This document shows, in pieces, positions 50,289-51,145 of a stretch of DNA of 51,145 nucleotides. Where the stretch lies: NCBI GenBank assembly GCA_003697105.1, contig RFFQ01000186.1, positions 1-51,145 on the forward strand. Direction: 5' to 3'. The DNA is from Gemmatimonadota bacterium. GTDB taxonomy: Bacteria > 4572-55 > J002. Made by a program: the position numbers and the translations under genes. Numbering within the stretch: the first letter of the stretch is position 1; every line of letters begins with the position of its first letter. The notes beneath the pieces were generated by a model, which was not told the origin of the DNA, made no database searches, and saw only the letters and a list, made by a program, of their open reading frames with translations.

Positions 50289-51029
50289 ATGGTGGCTCAG
50301 GGGAATGCTTTTGATTACATCACGCATTACCACCAAGATGGCGAAGTATTTGATTATGTAGAAGATGTTGCCTATCGTCCCGATGATGAGCGACGAAAGC
50401 AGTCGGTGCTTTCACTTTGTGGAGCAAAAAGGGGTCAATGGTTGCTGGATGTGGGTAGCGGTAGCGGCTGGTTTTCGCAAGCGATGGTCCGGCGGGGTGT
50501 CCAGGTGATTGCACTAGACCTCTCCCGCCGGAATTTGAAGCGGTTGCAGAACGAGACACCGGCAGTGTTCCCCTTGTTCGCCGATAGTAACCGCTTGCCC
50601 TTGAAAAATGAATCGCTGGACTGGGTCGCCGCCATTGAGGTGATCGAACATCTGGTGCACCCGCTGGCGGCACTGAATGAATTCCGGCGGGTGCTCAAAC
50701 CCGGCGGGTATCTCCTCATTTGTGTGCCTTACCGGGAGCGCTTGGTGTACAATTTGTGCATCCATTGCAATCAATTAACGCCTAAAAATGCCCATTTACA
50801 CAGTTTTGATCTGGCAAAACTAATAGATTTATTGCAAGAAAGCGGATTTACCTATCACCATCACCGGTTGTTCTTAAATAAAGGGATTTCGCTTTTGCGT
50901 CTGAATTCGCTGTGGGGCTGGTTGCCGTTTCCATTGTGGCGCGGAATCGATGGTCTGGCAAATCGCTGGACTGACAAAGCCATGTATATCGGGGTCGTTG
51001 CGCGTAACGTATCCGAACACAGACCGTAA
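50289..51029 (+). CDS. Class I SAM-dependent methyltransferase (Methyltransf_11-like)
   Basis: LLDVGSGSG, LPL, EVIEHL, RVLKPGG. Confidence 0.88.
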   Translation: MVAQGNAFDYITHYHQDGEVFDYVEDVAYRPDDERRKQSVLSLCGAKRGQWLLDVGSGSGWFSQAMVRRGVQVIALDLSRRNLKRLQNETPAVFPLFADSNRLPLKNESLDWVAAIEVIEHLVHPLAALNEFRRVLKPGGYLLICVPYRERLVYNLCIHCNQLTPKNAHLHSFDLAKLIDLLQESGFTYHHHRLFLNKGISLLRLNSLWGWLPFPLWRGIDGLANRWTDKAMYIGVVARNVSEHRP

Positions 51030-51145
51030 TTGCCCGCTAAAGGACGGTTTTCGTATGAGGTACGACTACCGCTCATGCGACCAAAGGATTTCTGTACTAT
51101 GTGATTTTGCCTGTGGCAAGACCCCATCAAAAAATGGTGGAGACC

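Overview
Bacterial chromosomal window of moderate GC from a Gram-negative organism (rfaE heptose genes, outer-envelope lipoprotein); the taxon cannot be assigned from sequence alone. Most of it is housekeeping. On the minus strand run mazG-hyp-mutY-epimerase-hpt-ftsH-rpmE and tRNA-Leu-tig-clpP-clpX-lon-GT4. On the plus strand are tRNA-Arg, a DUF151/gamma-CA/lipoprotein/DUF2520/macrodomain/S41 operon, rfaE1/rfaE2, rlmE, speD, pbpC and trpF. Accessory parts: (i) an intact GC-richer Mutator/IS256-like IS (926-2620) with terminal IRs and an 8-bp target duplication; (ii) three cytoplasmic histidine kinases; (iii) an in-frame fusion of RfaE2 to a peptidoglycan-binding, lysozyme-like protein that keeps its own RBS; (iv) a GCS2-type ligase-CBS plus AstE/AspA amidohydrolase pair, divergent from a USP, a CarH-like B12 regulator and an FHA-GAF-PAS kinase; (v) a GT2 plus multi-O-methyltransferase operon preceded by a tiny Lys/Cys-rich ORF. 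Two disrupted genes are present (amber-interrupted YajC-like chimera, AKR remnant). No CRISPR array, rRNA or prophage was seen. All product calls come from motif recognition by eye, not database searches.
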